DNA from: Azolla caroliniana
Taxonomy: Eukaryota; Plantae; Polypodiophyta
DNA length: 64,000 bases
NCBI GenBank assembly: GCA_043228905.1
Contig: JBHGNT010000017.1
Span: 14,942,001 to 15,006,000, forward strand
Direction: 5' to 3'
Part shown: positions 61,681 through 64,000 of the stretch, in pieces
How positions within the stretch are numbered: position 1 is the stretch's first letter
Layout: each line of letters opens with the position of its first letter
The notes under the pieces: model-generated
Told to the model about the DNA's origin: nothing
Database searches by the model: none
Seen by the model: the letters and a program-made list of their open reading frames with translations, nothing else
Translations under genes and position numbers: made by a program

Positions 61681-62589
61681 AGTAAATATATAGAATCTGC
61701 AGAGATGATCATCGTCTGTCTGGTCATTACAGCAGAAATTGTTCCATATATATCTATGCCTGTGTATATATTATGCTGATCCGCATCGAGCTCTGCAGTG
61801 GATATGGCGTTCCTTACCCCCCAGTGAAAGCTTCTCTCTTCTTTGAGGTTTCTTCTCGCCTCCTGAAGCGTCTGTAGCCTGCAGAAACATCTGTCTTTTA
61901 ATTGCAGGTGGAGACATAGCTGATCTCTTTGCTTCCTGTTGAAGATTACTGCACCTTCTTCTCTTTCTTACTGCATTTTCTTTCTGATTATTAATTTTTA
62001 TCGCCATTGTAATCGCTAAGTATGGCCCATTTCATAACCCCCCGTTAATTCAATTCAGTCTTTTAACAAACGGAGCAGATGTGTCCATTGCTTCTCTGGT
62101 GATCGATCAATCTTCTGCTTTATTTCCTTCTCTAATCTCTCTGTACAGGCAGTCCTGTAATTTGTTTGATCTCTAAGCTATATGGGTTAATCTGTTCTGT
62201 ATGTTTCTTCCTACCGCCATAGCTATTCTCTTATTGCTACCCTGTTGTCTGTTCCTCTCCAATGGACGTAAAGCTATCAAGAAAAATGGTTCTTGTATTT
62301 ATTCTATCAATGAAGTCAGGATCTTTTTTGTATAGATTAAAAACATTTCCATAGCTTATAATCTGTTCTCTTTTCTTCTTCAACTGTATTCCTCTCTGTC
62401 TCTTTCTTTCTTCTTGTTCAGTGATACAACTCATCAATGTCTTTGTTTTGTCCATGGAAACTCTCCTTTACCCCAGTATTAGAAGAAACACTCAGAAAAA
62501 CAAATCTCTCTTTCTCCCCAATGCACTGATTTTATTTTTTGGTAGTGTGTTAATTAAAGAGTTCAAAGTTACACATGCACATCTACAAT

Positions 62590-63555
62590 ACATAGTAATC
62601 TAATGTTGAAGAATTAATACACAATACACATACAATCCATGAGTAATTTGATGTTGAAGAATTCATACATAATCCACATATACAATACACAAGTAATCTA
62701 ATATTGAATTAAGACATCCACGTATACAACAATACATGAGTAATCTAATGTTGAATTAACAATGCACTCATGTCTGCATAAACAAGCATAGATGGCTAAC
62801 AATGACACATGAGGACTTGTACTGATCGATTACTGAAGTAGTAAAGATGGTGCCAATGATCAAGTACCTACCTATATACCTATGTATGTATAGGTGCTAG
62901 TTAAGATGCCTACTAGCAAAGCATGATGCAAGTGTGACTTAATCCTTTGCTTAAATAGAGTGACGGTGACAATGAATCCATTACTTAAAGTAGAGAGTAA
63001 AGATGGCAGTGATGATCATACTTGGGTGATTATCGAGTATCTATCAAAGTATAGATGCAAGTAAACATGGCTATACACAAAGGATGATCGCACTTCGGTA
63101 AATAGGGTAACCATGGTAGTGATGATCATACTTTGGTGATTAATCGAGTATCTATCAAGCAAAGATGACTATTGGCAAAGGATGATGGCATGCAACGATT
63201 GATTAATTTAAGGAGTAAAGACAGTGGTGATGATCTAGTAAAGATGGTGGTCAAGATCCAGTGCTTGTCAAGCATATATGTAAATAAAGATGGCTACTAG
63301 CAAAGGATGATACCATGCGTGGAGTGATTAAATGCCATGTGATGAGTGATTAGTATCCATGAAGTATTGATGCAAGTAAAGATGACTATTGGCAAAGGAT
63401 GATGCCATGTGAGGATCGATTATTCTAAGGAGTAAACATGGTGGCGATGATCTAGTAAAAGATGGTCTTCATGATCCAGTGCTTGTAAAGTATAGATGTA
63501 AGTAAAGATGGCTACTAGCAAATGATGATGCCATGTGAGGAGTGATTGATTACTT
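62590..63555. repeat. Degenerate tandem repeats: about 48 bp x4 (62590-62760) and a gtaaagatgg-based array with a ~218-bp duplication
   Basis: gtaat(c/t)t(a/g)at(g/a)ttgaa recurs four times; aaagatgactattggcaaaggatgatg at about 63161 and 63378. Confidence 0.7.
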
Positions 63556-64000
63556 ACAAAGCTATCAAAAAATGACGCCATACGGCTTATCAATTCCAAA
63601 TCATAGCATTGCGATCGAATGCGTGAGAAAGATCATTGCAATGCACGTTGTCCATGTCGTTTTCCTTCATGTTATAGCATGTTAGCTTGTACATTGCTTT
63701 TCTCCGATGGTGTGTTGGTTTAAGTAATCAATTCGGTACATCATTAGAAATGGGTTGGATAATTAAAAGAAAGAAAGATTTATAATGCGGGGGCGCTTGT
63801 TTCCAAACAAGTTGCACTATGAAAAGTTAGTGGAATAGGGATAAAAGAAGGCATAAATGAACGAAGAAGATTTGTTGTGCGTGTGAGAGCGAAATGTCGT
63901 GATGCTTTTTGCTCCCATTCTCGTAAACATTCAAACATAGTTATAGAAAAAAAGGTGTAGGAATGAGGGCCCAATGGGATAGTGGATGATGGCATGAAAT

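Noticed and set aside
61895-62150. Introns or extra exons after the TZF stop (ttgcag and gtacag acceptor-like sites)
   Set aside because: The CDS is complete with its conserved C-terminal motif; UTR splicing cannot be supported without transcripts

Overview
Land-plant genomic DNA, probably from a non-seed plant such as a fern (inferred from the retrotransposon lineages). Bases 1-53.6 kb are a nested LTR-retrotransposon cluster that can be resolved from LTR ends, primer-binding sites (PBS), polypurine tracts (PPT) and target-site duplications (TSD). Left nest: copia J > gypsy G > copia B > {copia A; pol-less gag+extra-ORF element C > {gypsy D, intact copia E1, rearranged copia E2 with an assembly gap}}. 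Right nest: old LTR element K > {gypsy H 3' end; copia I > gypsy F}. Bases 53.6-58 kb are AT-rich decayed intergenic DNA. The only host gene is an intronless RR-TZF tandem CCCH zinc-finger gene (59692-61680, +), with a G-box/E2F promoter island and a short uORF. The most novel signal is one Ty3/gypsy lineage (D, F, G, H; tRNA-Trp PBS seen in D, F, G). Each family carries a tRNA-like Pol III A/B-box cassette in its LTR and is inserted at an oriented CCGN target (4-bp TSD where both ends are visible). D and F also have a D-H-G protease motif and a predicted -1 frameshift signal after the protease, and D, F and H share a hairpin next to the PPT. Element C and a charged C-terminal Pol extension in copia A/I are also unusual. 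All alignments were done by eye; no searches were run.
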